Below, one piece after another: positions 22,808 to 32,339 of a DNA stretch of 64,000 nucleotides. The notes under the pieces were generated by a model. It was not told the DNA's origin, made no database searches, and worked only from the letters and a program-made list of their open reading frames with translations. Origin of the DNA: a bacterium (lineage in GTDB: Bacteria > UBA8248 > JACPRG01 > G963555815); the NCBI GenBank assembly GCA_965218795.1, contig OZ244653.1, positions 1,792,001-1,856,000 on the forward strand. The letters run 5' to 3'. Numbering within the stretch: position 1 is the first letter of the stretch; each line of letters begins with the position of its first letter. The position numbers and the translations under genes were made by a program.

Positions 22808-22925
22808 ATCGAATCTCCCTTGACGTTGACTCAAATCCCGTTGCACCGAGGCTATCCCAGACGAGAACCCGAATCAATCGGTTCTCCGCGGGCGCTCCCT
22901 GTTGATCGATTCACCCTTTCCGGCG

Positions 22926-22995
22926 TCAATGGGCCGCCGTATCGGACACCACATTCAATACGATGACGCCGGAAACGATGAGACCGATGCCCGCC
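22926..22995 (-). pseudogene. 3' remnant of an SMR (EmrE/QacE-like) transporter gene
   Basis: GIGLIVSGVIVLNVVSDTAAH* resembles the SMR TM4/C-terminus. Confidence 0.55.
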
Positions 22996-23026
22996 CAGGC
23001 CAGGAGAAACCGCGTCCGGCGCTTCC

Positions 23027-23958
23027 TTACCGTAGGGCCAGAACGGCCCCGGCCAGTACCAGCGAATATGCGCTGAAGGCAAACATCTTCTCGCCCAAGC
23101 GAGTGAGAAAGATCAGTCGGTAGAACTTTGGACGCAGAAGATACTCGAAGCCGACGGGTTTGTCGTTTCTGAGCCAGACGCCGCCCTTCAGGCCCGTTTG
23201 GGCCTTGGAGCCAATGTATCCGCGTACCACAGAAGCGGAGCGACAAATCCCAGAACCAGAAGCAACTCCAACCGGATATCCCGGAACCCCTTCCACCCGA
23301 GATGAGCCTTGGACAACCAGAGCGCCGGAAGCACCAGATACAGGGCAGTGGCCTTGATTCCCACAGCCAACGCAAACCAGAGGGCGGCCAGCCAGCCGTC
23401 GCGTTTCGACGGTCGCCCCACCTTCCCCAATGGAAAACACCGCCCACGGATAAGAACAGCAGCGCGGATTCGGGCATGAACGTCCAGGTATAGTACACTG
23501 CCATGGGCAGGACAGCGAACAGGCCAACCGCCACCAGGGCAGCCACACGATTCAGGTATTCTTTGCCGAGGGCGTAGAGGTACCTCGTCGTCCCCATGGC
23601 GAAGAGGGCCGCAACGAGCCGCCCAAGCCATTCCTTGGTACCGAAGAACTGGTAAACGAGGGCCACGCAGGTAGGGAAAAACCTGAAACTCGAATTCGAA
23701 GTGGGGCTGCAGGTCGTCCAGCCGCGGCGCGATGATGCTCATCCCGTCACGGAGGAAGTTTCGTGCAACCATCGCCGTAAGGGTCTGCCGCCAGGCATGG
23801 AAATCCAGCAGGGAATTGAGCAGTCCCCACATCCGGAAGGCGAACCCCGCCGCAAAGATGAGAATCAGCGCCAGCGCAATTCTTCGGTCATCTCGCCGGT
23901 CAACGAAATCATTGGCCGCTTCCGACAATCTGGTTTTCGCGGGGTCGTTTTGAGCCAT
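23027..23958 (-). pseudogene. frameshifted and truncated GT39/ArnT-like membrane glycosyltransferase
   Basis: DFHAWRQT.TAMVARNF and EFQ in one frame, GRLV..YYTWTFMPES in a second, AVGIK back in the first, tail in a third; premature stop. Confidence 0.8.
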
Positions 23959-23961
23959 GCC

Positions 23962-25956
23962 TCAGATCACCCGCTCATTCCCCCCGTCCACGGGGACTTG
24001 AGCCCCGGTGGTCTTGGCAAAGAGCGGTCCGCACATCTCAGCGGCCAGCTCAGCCACATCCTGGCTGGTCACGTCGGTATGCAGTACGTTGTTCTTCTTG
24101 TATTCATCAACGCCGAGGCCGTAGTTCTTCGCCCGCGACCGCAGCACTTGGGGCGTCCAGAGGCCGGTATCGAAAACGGCGTCGGGATGAAGGGTGTTGA
24201 CCCGGATGCCGTCACTCCCCCACTCCAGCGCGGCGACGCGCATCAGCTGGTTGACGGCGGCCTTGGCCGAGGAGTACGCCGCGGCCCCGGGACCGGGGGC
24301 GGTTACATTCTTGGAGCCGACGATCACGACGCGTCCGCCCTGTGGGGCCAGCTGTAAGAGGGGGTGGCACTCGCGGAGGAGGGCCAGGTTCGCATCGAGG
24401 TTGACGGCCATCACCCGCCGCCAATCCGCGTCGGAGAGCTCCGCGAGTTTCCGACTCTCGGGAAAGATCCCCGCATTGAGGATCAGCATGTCCAGACCGC
24501 CGAAGCGCCGAATCCCTTTCTCGAGGGAAGGCAGAACGGCTTTGGAGTCCGTCACATCGCATTGAATCCCGAGGAAATCAGATCGGGGAGGAGCGGCTTC
24601 GATGCCCGGGTCCAGGTCCAGGGCGATGACCGCAGCGCCGCGGCTCATCATCGATTTCGCGCAGGCTTGGCCGATCCCCGACGCCGCCCCGGTCACCAGG
24701 GCGACCTCGCCGGTGAACCCCTGAGGCGCGCCGCCCCGCCGCTGCTTGGCCTGTTCCAGATCCCAGTACTCCACCTGGAAGAATTTCCCGGCCGACAGGG
24801 ACCGATACCCGCCGAGGGCCGTCGCTCGCAGGATGATCTCCACCGTATGCCGATAGATGTCCGCCGCGATGTCGGCATCCTTCGCGGTCCTGCCGGCCGT
24901 ACACAGTCCGAATTCCGGATCGAGGATCACGCGCGGCGCGGGGTCGATCATGGTGAGGTGCTGTTTGGCCTTCGATGCATGCGCGGAAAAGTACTTTTCG
25001 TATGCCCTCCGGTATGCATCGACACCGCGGCCCAGGAGGGGTAACCGCTTGGTGCGGAGGACATGTTCCGGCGTCGCCGGTCCCTGCCGGGAGATCCGGC
25101 GGACATCCTCTCGGCGGGCAAAATCCAAAGCCTCGGGGTTATCGCAAACGGAGAGAATGAGCGGATACCCGGCAACCCGGGAGAGCGAATGGCGAAGCTT
25201 GGCCAGATTCAGCCGCGTCGGCGATTTTCGAGGCTGACGTTTCGCGGACGCTCGGGCGGCCGTCAGCTTCCAGGCGCCCTGTTTCTTCAGGTATCTCTCC
25301 GCCTCGTCGACGAGGCGTATCATCCTGTCGTAGGCTTCCTTCGCCGTTTCTCCAAACGAAAAGATCCCATGATGCATGAGAACGAGGCCAAGGGTCTTCT
25401 CCCCGGCCTCCCGGGGGAAACGCTCCGCCACGACACGGGCCAAATCGAATCCCGGCATAACGTAAGGGATGATGACGACTGAATCGCCGTAGATGGCCTG
25501 AACCCGTTTCCGGCCGCTCACCGAGTTGGTGACTGTCACGACAGCATCGGCGTGGGTGTGATCAACGAACTTGTATGGAAGGACGGCGTGCAGGATCGTT
25601 TCCACCGAAGGCGCCGGCGCGGACGCTCGAGTCATATGGGTCTTGAGCTCGTTCACCATGTCCGGATCGGAAAGGGATTTCAGCTTTGCCAGTTTGAGCA
25701 AATGGTCCATCCGTACGGGGGCAAACCCTTCTTCTTCAATGGAAGCGAGATCCCGCCCGCTCCCCTTCACGTAAAGGATCGATTCCTCCTCGCCCAACAG
25801 GTTTTTCTCGCGAACCTTGACCGACGTGTTCCCCCCGCCGTGCATCACCAACGACTCGTCCCGGCCCAGCAGCCGGGAGGTATACACCCGCAGGCCCAGG
25901 TCCCCCGACCGCTTGGCGAACTTCGCCGCCTCCCCGTCGTTCCAGAGACTTCTCAT
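23962..25956 (-). CDS. bifunctional class II aldolase/short-chain dehydrogenase
   Basis: GGGNTSVK, VKGSG.DL, PSVET.LH, HTHAD, EYW.LEQAK, TGAASGIG, YSSAK, VDGGNERVI. Confidence 0.93.
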   Translation of the reverse strand: MRSLWNDGEAAKFAKRSGDLGLRVYTSRLLGRDESLVMHGGGNTSVKVREKNLLGEEESILYVKGSGRDLASIEEEGFAPVRMDHLLKLAKLKSLSDPDMVNELKTHMTRASAPAPSVETILHAVLPYKFVDHTHADAVVTVTNSVSGRKRVQAIYGDSVVIIPYVMPGFDLARVVAERFPREAGEKTLGLVLMHHGIFSFGETAKEAYDRMIRLVDEAERYLKKQGAWKLTAARASAKRQPRKSPTRLNLAKLRHSLSRVAGYPLILSVCDNPEALDFARREDVRRISRQGPATPEHVLRTKRLPLLGRGVDAYRRAYEKYFSAHASKAKQHLTMIDPAPRVILDPEFGLCTAGRTAKDADIAADIYRHTVEIILRATALGGYRSLSAGKFFQVEYWDLEQAKQRRGGAPQGFTGEVALVTGAASGIGQACAKSMMSRGAAVIALDLDPGIEAAPPRSDFLGIQCDVTDSKAVLPSLEKGIRRFGGLDMLILNAGIFPESRKLAELSDADWRRVMAVNLDANLALLRECHPLLQLAPQGGRVVIVGSKNVTAPGPGAAAYSSAKAAVNQLMRVAALEWGSDGIRVNTLHPDAVFDTGLWTPQVLRSRAKNYGLGVDEYKKNNVLHTDVTSQDVAELAAEMCGPLFAKTTGAQVPVDGGNERVI

Positions 25957-26124
25957 GCCGTCTTCCTTCGGTCTATCCGTTGGTCTCCGGGAGCAGCATC
26001 CAGCGCGTGAGGAATCAGGCCGGGGTCGCGGCTGCGCCCCGACAGCAAGCTCCGAAAACCTGAAAGAGAGGGGATTCGTACTGACCCGGCCCTGTTGAGC
26101 ACTGTTCGCTCCTCTCCTGCACCC

Positions 26125-27063
26125 TCAATTCGGCAGCAGCGATTTTTCGACCATGGCGTGAACCCCTTTGTGCCCGTTCACCACCTGCGTGATCCGAACA
26201 TCCACGGCGCAGGTGCAAAAAACATAGGCGTCTTCGCGGCTGAGCCCATGATCGTTGCTCAAAAAATCAATCATCTCCCGGAGCGCGGTTTTCATGGCGT
26301 CGTCCAGATCCGTATCGAATCCCATCGTAAGCCAGTGGGTGGGCGTCTCGGCCCGCGGGAGCTTCAGGGTCATGTCCTTGCGGACAGTCAGCCGAAAGGT
26401 CCCGTCCATTGAAGTTTCAATCGCCGTTTGATTCACCTCTCCGTCTCCCTGGCTGCCGTGTCCATCTCCCACGGAGAAACAGGCCCCCTCCTTCCATATG
26501 GGAAGGTATACCGTCGAACCGGCCACGATCTCCTTGTTATCGAGGTTTCCACCGTGAACATGGGGCGGATTGCTCGGAATCTCCCCCAGGGCCTCCGGCG
26601 GGGAGACGGCGATCTGTCCGAAAAAAGGCCGAAGCGGGACCTTCCAGCCGGGGGCAATCTCCGCGGTCATCGCGGACCGGTCCAGATCGATCACCCGGCC
26701 GGCGTTATAAGGGAAATCCTCCGGAAGGGCTCCACCCATGGAACGCAACAAGTTGTATCCCCAACCGCACGCGAGGTGGATATCCTCGACGGAAACCTCC
26801 AGTACGTCTCCCGGCTCCGCTCCTTCGACGTCGATAGGCCCCGACAGGATATGCGGCCCCGGTCCTTTTCGGGCGTTACTCAGGATGTCGTGAATCCCGT
26901 CGGGAATCCGATCGGGATCCTCCGGGAGAAAGTTCGGGTGCGCAGAAACGGTATGAACGATGACACGGTCGCCGGAGGCCACCTTCAGAACCGGCTCGGT
27001 CTTGTGATCGTAATAGCCGTAATGGACCGTTTCCGAAGAAGCCGGCAGTTCATGCGTTTTCAT
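26125..27063 (-). CDS. acetamidase/formamidase family protein
   Basis: HILSGPI.V.GAEPGD, GGNLDN, GDGH..QGDGEV..TAIE. Confidence 0.93.
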   Translation of the reverse strand: MKTHELPASSETVHYGYYDHKTEPVLKVASGDRVIVHTVSAHPNFLPEDPDRIPDGIHDILSNARKGPGPHILSGPIDVEGAEPGDVLEVSVEDIHLACGWGYNLLRSMGGALPEDFPYNAGRVIDLDRSAMTAEIAPGWKVPLRPFFGQIAVSPPEALGEIPSNPPHVHGGNLDNKEIVAGSTVYLPIWKEGACFSVGDGHGSQGDGEVNQTAIETSMDGTFRLTVRKDMTLKLPRAETPTHWLTMGFDTDLDDAMKTALREMIDFLSNDHGLSREDAYVFCTCAVDVRITQVVNGHKGVHAMVEKSLLPN

Positions 27064-27084
27064 CGGATGCCTCTCCCATAGATT

Positions 27085-28071
27085 TCAGTCGTTCAAACCG
27101 AACAGCGCCGCCGCATTTTCCCCCAACACCTTTTCCTCCGCCTCCTGACCGAGCGCCGCGCCCCGAACGTCGCCTACGGGGTTGGGCGGAGTCATGTCGT
27201 ACGGATAATCGCTTCCCAGGTACACGCGCTCCGAACCCATTTCCTCCACGAGGTAAGCAATCGCTGGAGAATGGTAGACGAGGCTATCGTAGCCGATCCG
27301 CCGGAGAAGTTCGCTCGGGGATTGCTGAATGTTCTCTTGGTTCTCCGCCGATATTGAGTAAATCTGGTTCCAACGGCCTTGAAGATAGGGAACCGTACCT
27401 CCCCCGTGAGCGAAGATCCATTGGATCCCCGGAAACCGTTCGAACGCTCCGCTGAAAAGCAGATTCCCGATGCATAAGGAGGTTTCCAGCGGAAATCCGA
27501 CCCCGTTCCACATCCGGTAATCCCGCATCCGCTCGACTCCCGCCGGCGCGATAGGGTGCACGAAGACGGCCATGCCGGAAGCGTCCAGGGCCTCATAGAG
27601 TGGAGCAAAGGCCTGCGATCCCAGATATACTTCGTTGACGTTGGAGGGCAGCATGACGCCGGGAAGCCCGAGCGCCTTGACCTTTTCGAGCTCCGAAACC
27701 GCCCGATCGATCGCCTGAACCGGCAGGACTCCCATCCCGATGAATTTCTCAGGATGCGCCTTCATGAGCTCGGCGTAAGCATCGTTGCTCGCACGGCAAA
27801 GCTCCACGGCAAGGCCCGGATCCGCAAACAGAACATTCGGGCGTGAAGAATGGTGGATCACCTGAAGGTCCACCCCCATGGCTTCCATGTCCCCCAGCCG
27901 GATCTCGATGTCGTAGAAGGCCCTCAATGGCGGATGGAGGATTCCTTGAAGCCGCAACTCCCGGTCTCCATCCCGGTTCCAGGTCAACTCGACTCCGTAC
28001 CTGCCTCCTTCCCGCTCGATCAGGTCCAGATAGGCCTCGGGGAAAAAATGCGTATGGACGTCGATGATCAT
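27085..28071 (-). CDS. amidohydrolase family 2 protein (ACMSD-like)
   Basis: IDVHTH, FVHP, HGGG.VPY..GR, GSDYPYD. Confidence 0.92.
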   Translation of the reverse strand: MIIDVHTHFFPEAYLDLIEREGGRYGVELTWNRDGDRELRLQGILHPPLRAFYDIEIRLGDMEAMGVDLQVIHHSSRPNVLFADPGLAVELCRASNDAYAELMKAHPEKFIGMGVLPVQAIDRAVSELEKVKALGLPGVMLPSNVNEVYLGSQAFAPLYEALDASGMAVFVHPIAPAGVERMRDYRMWNGVGFPLETSLCIGNLLFSGAFERFPGIQWIFAHGGGTVPYLQGRWNQIYSISAENQENIQQSPSELLRRIGYDSLVYHSPAIAYLVEEMGSERVYLGSDYPYDMTPPNPVGDVRGAALGQEAEEKVLGENAAALFGLND

Positions 28072-28419
28072 TTCTTCGTCCTGATCATGATGGGTATTGC
28101 GGACGCGGTGCGGACCCTGCCGAACCCGCGGACGCCTCCTGGGGTCGTCCCCCGCAGCGGAGAGGGTCCAGCCTGAAACCCCCTGCCCCCGTCTTCATTG
28201 AGGTTGCCGGAAAATCGCCTTACAATGCAAGCCGACGGCAAAGCAGGAGTTCCATGCCCGCCCCACACCCAACAGGAGAGGAAAGCGAGCCGGGAACAGA
28301 CGGAACGGATCGAACCTCCCGTTCTTCCTCTCATCCCGGTTCCACCGTCCGTCCTCTGTCTCACGGCAAAATACTCGTCGGAACGGCCGGCTGGTCTCTG
28401 GCTTTATAGGAGTACGGTA

Positions 28420-28968
28420 ATGGCGTTTCTTATCTTCGAGCGTATTTATGGGAACGGAGGAGCCGTTGTGCTCCGACCGACAGGAGAGTCTTTTCGCCTA
28501 GTCGGCTATAACCTCATTTATAAAGCTTGGGAAGAACGCGGTCAACCGATAGACCAAGGTTGGCACGTGTCTGCCGCTGAGTTAATCCAAATCGACAGTA
28601 AAGATCTCCAGACGTATGACACAAGGCGAATGGTGATCGACTTCATCCCAATGCACCGGTGGCGTATCGGCCTTATCGAGTTACTGGACGTATATGCTTA
28701 TACATGGGGGGACGACGATGCCGGGCAGGTCTTTTGGACACCTCTGATGCTACGCATGCGAGATGTGTACTACGAAGAATACGAGTCTGAAATCACAGCC
28801 CAGCGGAAGAGCGAAATCATGCAGCAGCTGCCGGAGCCTGGTGACGACACCCCTGACTTCGTAGAATTCCTATATCTCCAGCACAACTGGAACTGGGGTA
28901 AGAATGGGATGACAAACGCCGCATTCCTTCGGGGTGAAGCTCGTGCGTACTTCCGTGAATTTTTCTGA
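28420..28968 (+). CDS. hypothetical protein, atypical (lower GC) composition
   Basis: SD AGGAG then ATG 28420; 182 aa, aromatic-rich; A/T-ending codons unlike flanking genes. Confidence 0.75.
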   Translation: MAFLIFERIYGNGGAVVLRPTGESFRLVGYNLIYKAWEERGQPIDQGWHVSAAELIQIDSKDLQTYDTRRMVIDFIPMHRWRIGLIELLDVYAYTWGDDDAGQVFWTPLMLRMRDVYYEEYESEITAQRKSEIMQQLPEPGDDTPDFVEFLYLQHNWNWGKNGMTNAAFLRGEARAYFREFF

Positions 28969-28982
28969 TTCGTCCTCTCAAC

Positions 28983-29003
28983 CATCTTCCCGAACAAATG
29001 ATA
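28983..29003 (+). repeat. 21-bp direct repeat, copy 1 (att-like)
   Basis: CATCTTCCCGAACAAATGATA; 20/21 identical to 43901-43921. Confidence 0.55.
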
Positions 29004-29070
29004 TCTTGCAAAGGGGAAACGAGAGCCCCCGGATCACAGAGGGGAGGAGCCGTGACAACGGCAGAGAAGG

Positions 29071-29276
29071 TGGATTCCCGTCCCCGTCTTAAGACATTCG
29101 GTGGCAGGCCGGCGGGAAGGACAGTGGGGGGTACGTGACGCTGTTCCGTTATTCCTGCCCCCTGCCGGATACATGCAGGGGCAGCCCGCGGGAAGGACGG
29201 ATTGGGGCGGCACGTGGTTTGGGGATGCCTCGTCAAGCGTTCCTTTTCCTGGATTCCTGCGCAAGCAGGAATCCAG
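29071..29276. repeat. cluster of REP-like palindromes
   Basis: TGGATTCCCG...GCGGGAAGGAC, ATTCCTGCCCC...GGGGCAG...GCGGGAAGGAC and perfect hairpin CTGGATTCCTGC-GCAA-GCAGGAATCCAG. Confidence 0.7.
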
Positions 29277-29339
29277 ACAAGATAGGACGGGTTGTGAGAA
29301 AAGGCCCTGCACACGTACCTGAAGACGCCTCGCCAAGAC

Positions 29340-29459
29340 GCCTCGTCGAGTTCTACAACACCGAGCGTCCTCATCAGGGCTGTCGCAACATGGACAGCCG
29401 GCCCATCGTCACGGTCAGGAAGCTTATCCAACCTGTGAGGAATGAAACCTGGTCATACA
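29340..29459 (+). mobile_element. IS481-like 3' remnant
   Basis: EFYNTERPHQGCRNMDSRPIVTV integrase-core C-terminus, ending in ...GGTCATACA terminus. Confidence 0.65.
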
Positions 29460-29845
29460 GATAACCGCTTGCTGATGAGGCGGGGCAAGGACAACGTGAA
29501 GAAGGGCATCGATGATACGGCCGACCCGATGGACACGAATCGGTATTCGCGTCGAACTCGTGAGGCAGAGCGACAGGATTCCGTTGGGTCCCCGCGCTTT
29601 TCGGGATTCGAACATCACGACCCCGCAAGTGGTTTGGCATGAATCAGGGCACGGATAAGGTCTCAGTGGGGGAAATTCAATCCAGGAAGATTGACTCTTG
29701 CCCTCCCTGCCCCGAATGATTATGTTTATTCAATCAAGAAGATGATCCCCGAAGGTTGAATGCCGTCAACCTTCAGCGGCTCCTTCCGGCCCCTGCCCGA
29801 ACCTCCGGGGGGAAATCCCCCCCTTTCCCGTCTTGAGGAGGCGAG

Positions 29846-30358
29846 ATGACAGACCTTCATGTGAGCTGGTCGGAATATAACGGAAAAATTGAAGAGCTGG
29901 CCTGTCAAATTCGAGACAGCGGCTGGAAATTCAACCAAATCATTTGCATCGCCAAGGGCGGTCTGCGAATCGGGGACATCTTCTGCCGTCTGTTCAACCA
30001 ACCCCTCGGGATCCTGTCGGTGGAATCATACGGCGGCGACATGAACGACGAGCGCGGAAACATCATCTTCTCCCGAGACCTGGCCAAGACAACCCCCAAT
30101 CTGGGCTCCCATGTCCTGGTGGTGGACGACTTGGTGGACTCAGGGGTCACACTCCGAAAAGGCATTGAATGGCTGCAACATTTCTACGGATTCTACATCG
30201 AAGAAATCCGCTCCGCAGTCTTGTGGTACAAGGCCGATTCCGACATCGAACCGGATTTCTACGTTGATTTCCTGGAAGACTCGCCCTGGATACATCAGCC
30301 ATTTGAGAAATACGAGCGGATGAGTATCGAGGAGCTGAGTCCGGAAGCCCTGGCCTAG
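29846..30358 (+). CDS. phosphoribosyltransferase (purine PRT-like)
   Basis: IAKGG, VLVVDDLVDSGVT PRPP-binding motif, WIHQPFE. Confidence 0.92.
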   Translation: MTDLHVSWSEYNGKIEELACQIRDSGWKFNQIICIAKGGLRIGDIFCRLFNQPLGILSVESYGGDMNDERGNIIFSRDLAKTTPNLGSHVLVVDDLVDSGVTLRKGIEWLQHFYGFYIEEIRSAVLWYKADSDIEPDFYVDFLEDSPWIHQPFEKYERMSIEELSPEALA

Positions 30359-30440
30359 AAACCCATTCGGGCTGGATAGAACGGCGGTTTTCCGCGTGTC
30401 GAAATTCACGCGCCGGAAGGCGTTTTGTCCAGCATGAGAC

Positions 30441-30917
30441 TCAAAGTCGGGCGTATTTCCCCGCATAAAAGAGAAGCGGTTTGCCCCCTTCGGGCCCCAG
30501 TTCCGTCACCTCGACTTCCCCGATGAAAATGACGTGATCACCCCCGGGATACTGGTTCGTAATCCTGCATTCCAGGTATCCAAGGCATCCCTGGATTCGG
30601 GGGGGGCCCAGTTTCCCAGCCTCATAAGCGATACCGGCGAACTTGTCTTCGGCCTTGGAAGCGAACCGGCTGGAGATCTCCTCCTGGTCCTCCGACAAAA
30701 CATTCACCATAAAAGTGCAGTTCTTCGAGAAACAACGGAGGATGTTCGCTGAGTGATCGACGCACACCAGGACCAGGGGGGGGGCCAAGGATACGGACGT
30801 CAATGAATTGACCGTAAAACCCTGGGGGACATCCCGGTCGTCCAGCAGTGTGACGACCGTGACTCCGGTAGCGAACCGTCCCATCGCACCTCTGAGCTCA
30901 TCACCCCGAACCGGCAT
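30441..30917 (-). CDS. flavin reductase family protein
   Basis: RFATGVTVVT, SVSL.PPLV, GDH.IFIGEV, PLLFY.G.Y. Confidence 0.95.
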   Translation of the reverse strand: MPVRGDELRGAMGRFATGVTVVTLLDDRDVPQGFTVNSLTSVSLAPPLVLVCVDHSANILRCFSKNCTFMVNVLSEDQEEISSRFASKAEDKFAGIAYEAGKLGPPRIQGCLGYLECRITNQYPGGDHVIFIGEVEVTELGPEGGKPLLFYAGKYARL

Positions 30918-30974
30918 GTCCCAATCTCCTCATCGGAGCCAGCGAAGATTCCGATCCGGCCGGGCGGCACCAGC

Positions 30975-31358
30975 CTATCGGGCGCGAACTCTCCCCAAAT
31001 CTACGAATAAGCCGGCGCCCGTCTGGTACACTCCCCATGCCAGCGGGTTTCCGTTGTCGTCCACAAAGTCGATTCGGGCCTTTTTCGGCTTGACCGGCCG
31101 AATGACAACCACCCAGGCGCGGGCCAGCGTCAAGGCGTCCGCCTGTCGTATTTCCTTCTTGAGCTGAGACCAGCCCGTCGTCAGCGTCACCTGCACATCA
31201 TAGGGGCCCTTCCCCTTCCGTGCGCTTTGGACGCGCTCGAACGCGGCGCCCCGTTGATTTTTCACGCGCACCAGGAAATCGCGTGCGGGCTGCTCCACGA
31301 CCAAGGGCTTCTGGAACCCAGCGCACCCGCCGCTGACCAGAAGGGACAGCGCTATCAT
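30975..31358 (-). CDS. hypothetical lipoprotein (start uncertain)
   Basis: hydrophobic stretch ending VSGGC (lipobox-like), then a plausible globular domain. Confidence 0.55.
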   Translation of the reverse strand: MIALSLLVSGGCAGFQKPLVVEQPARDFLVRVKNQRGAAFERVQSARKGKGPYDVQVTLTTGWSQLKKEIRQADALTLARAWVVVIRPVKPKKARIDFVDDNGNPLAWGVYQTGAGLFVDLGRVRAR

Positions 31359-31620
31359 GCAGACGATTCGGCGAGGCCGTAAGGGCCTCCGTCGGCAACC
31401 CGCTACGAAACGACCAGACTCACTTTTTCGGACCAATTTTCGACGCCACCCCCTCCCTGGGGCTATGATGCCCGCTCATTACAGTTCAAGGCCTTCCCGC
31501 GGATCCGGCCGCAAAATGTTATCCTTTCAGCATACGGAAAGTCCAATTAGCGGCCAAGAATCCGGCAATTTTCATGCGCTTCGGGAAAAAAACAATCTGC
31601 CGGAATCGCTCTGGTTAGAG

Positions 31621-31649
31621 TTGCCCCCGAACGGGCGCCCGATTATATT
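31621..31649 (+). promoter_or_regulatory. putative sigma70 promoter
   Basis: TTGCCC-N17-TATATT. Confidence 0.45.
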
Positions 31650-31720
31650 GGAAATGAGAGTGATCTCTTAGGCTCTTCATTGACCGGTGACACCAGCATA
31701 AGATGGAGGACGGCGACTCG

Positions 31721-32311
31721 ATGAGTACGCTGAAAGAACAGCTTTTTCTGGAATTCGCAGCAGAAGCGCTTTCCGATCTCACCGACGAGTACCGGGACAA
31801 ATTTACGTCAAAAAGGGGCGACCGATTCAACGTCCAGGGACTCACCTATGAAGTGGGCGCCCCCGTCCTCAAGGACGACCTCATTCAGTTCGAGGTCAGC
31901 TCCAAAATCCCTGAGGATGAGCTCTCCGAGACAACGACCCACACCAAATATTTTAACGCCGTCAAGTCGCTCGTGAACAAAGGGAAGCTCAAGCCTCTTT
32001 CCATTGACATGGAAAACATCGTCCGGGAGACGCGGGACGAATCCAGAAAGGAAAGAGACTACGTCAAGGTCACCTATGGGTACAAGGAAACCGACCTGTA
32101 CACCGAGAATGAGATCTCCGGACGCATCAAGGATTTTGAAAACAATCCCACGAAAGAGAATCTCCCGGATATCCCAGGCGTCACCACCTTGGGCGGCCGT
32201 CTGGTCCTCATAACCCTTCGTCAAAATCTCCGGAAAGCCGCACTGGAGAATGTTCAGCGTCTCATTGACGCCAACAACGAAGTCCGCAAGGGGCTGAAGA
32301 AGAAAAAGTAA
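31721..32311 (+). CDS. hypothetical protein (charged, soluble)
   Basis: SD GGAGG before ATG 31721; strongly biased host-like codons. Confidence 0.8.
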   Translation: MSTLKEQLFLEFAAEALSDLTDEYRDKFTSKRGDRFNVQGLTYEVGAPVLKDDLIQFEVSSKIPEDELSETTTHTKYFNAVKSLVNKGKLKPLSIDMENIVRETRDESRKERDYVKVTYGYKETDLYTENEISGRIKDFENNPTKENLPDIPGVTTLGGRLVLITLRQNLRKAALENVQRLIDANNEVRKGLKKKK

Positions 32312-32339
32312 CACCCTTTCCACCGCTTGGTTCATCCAC

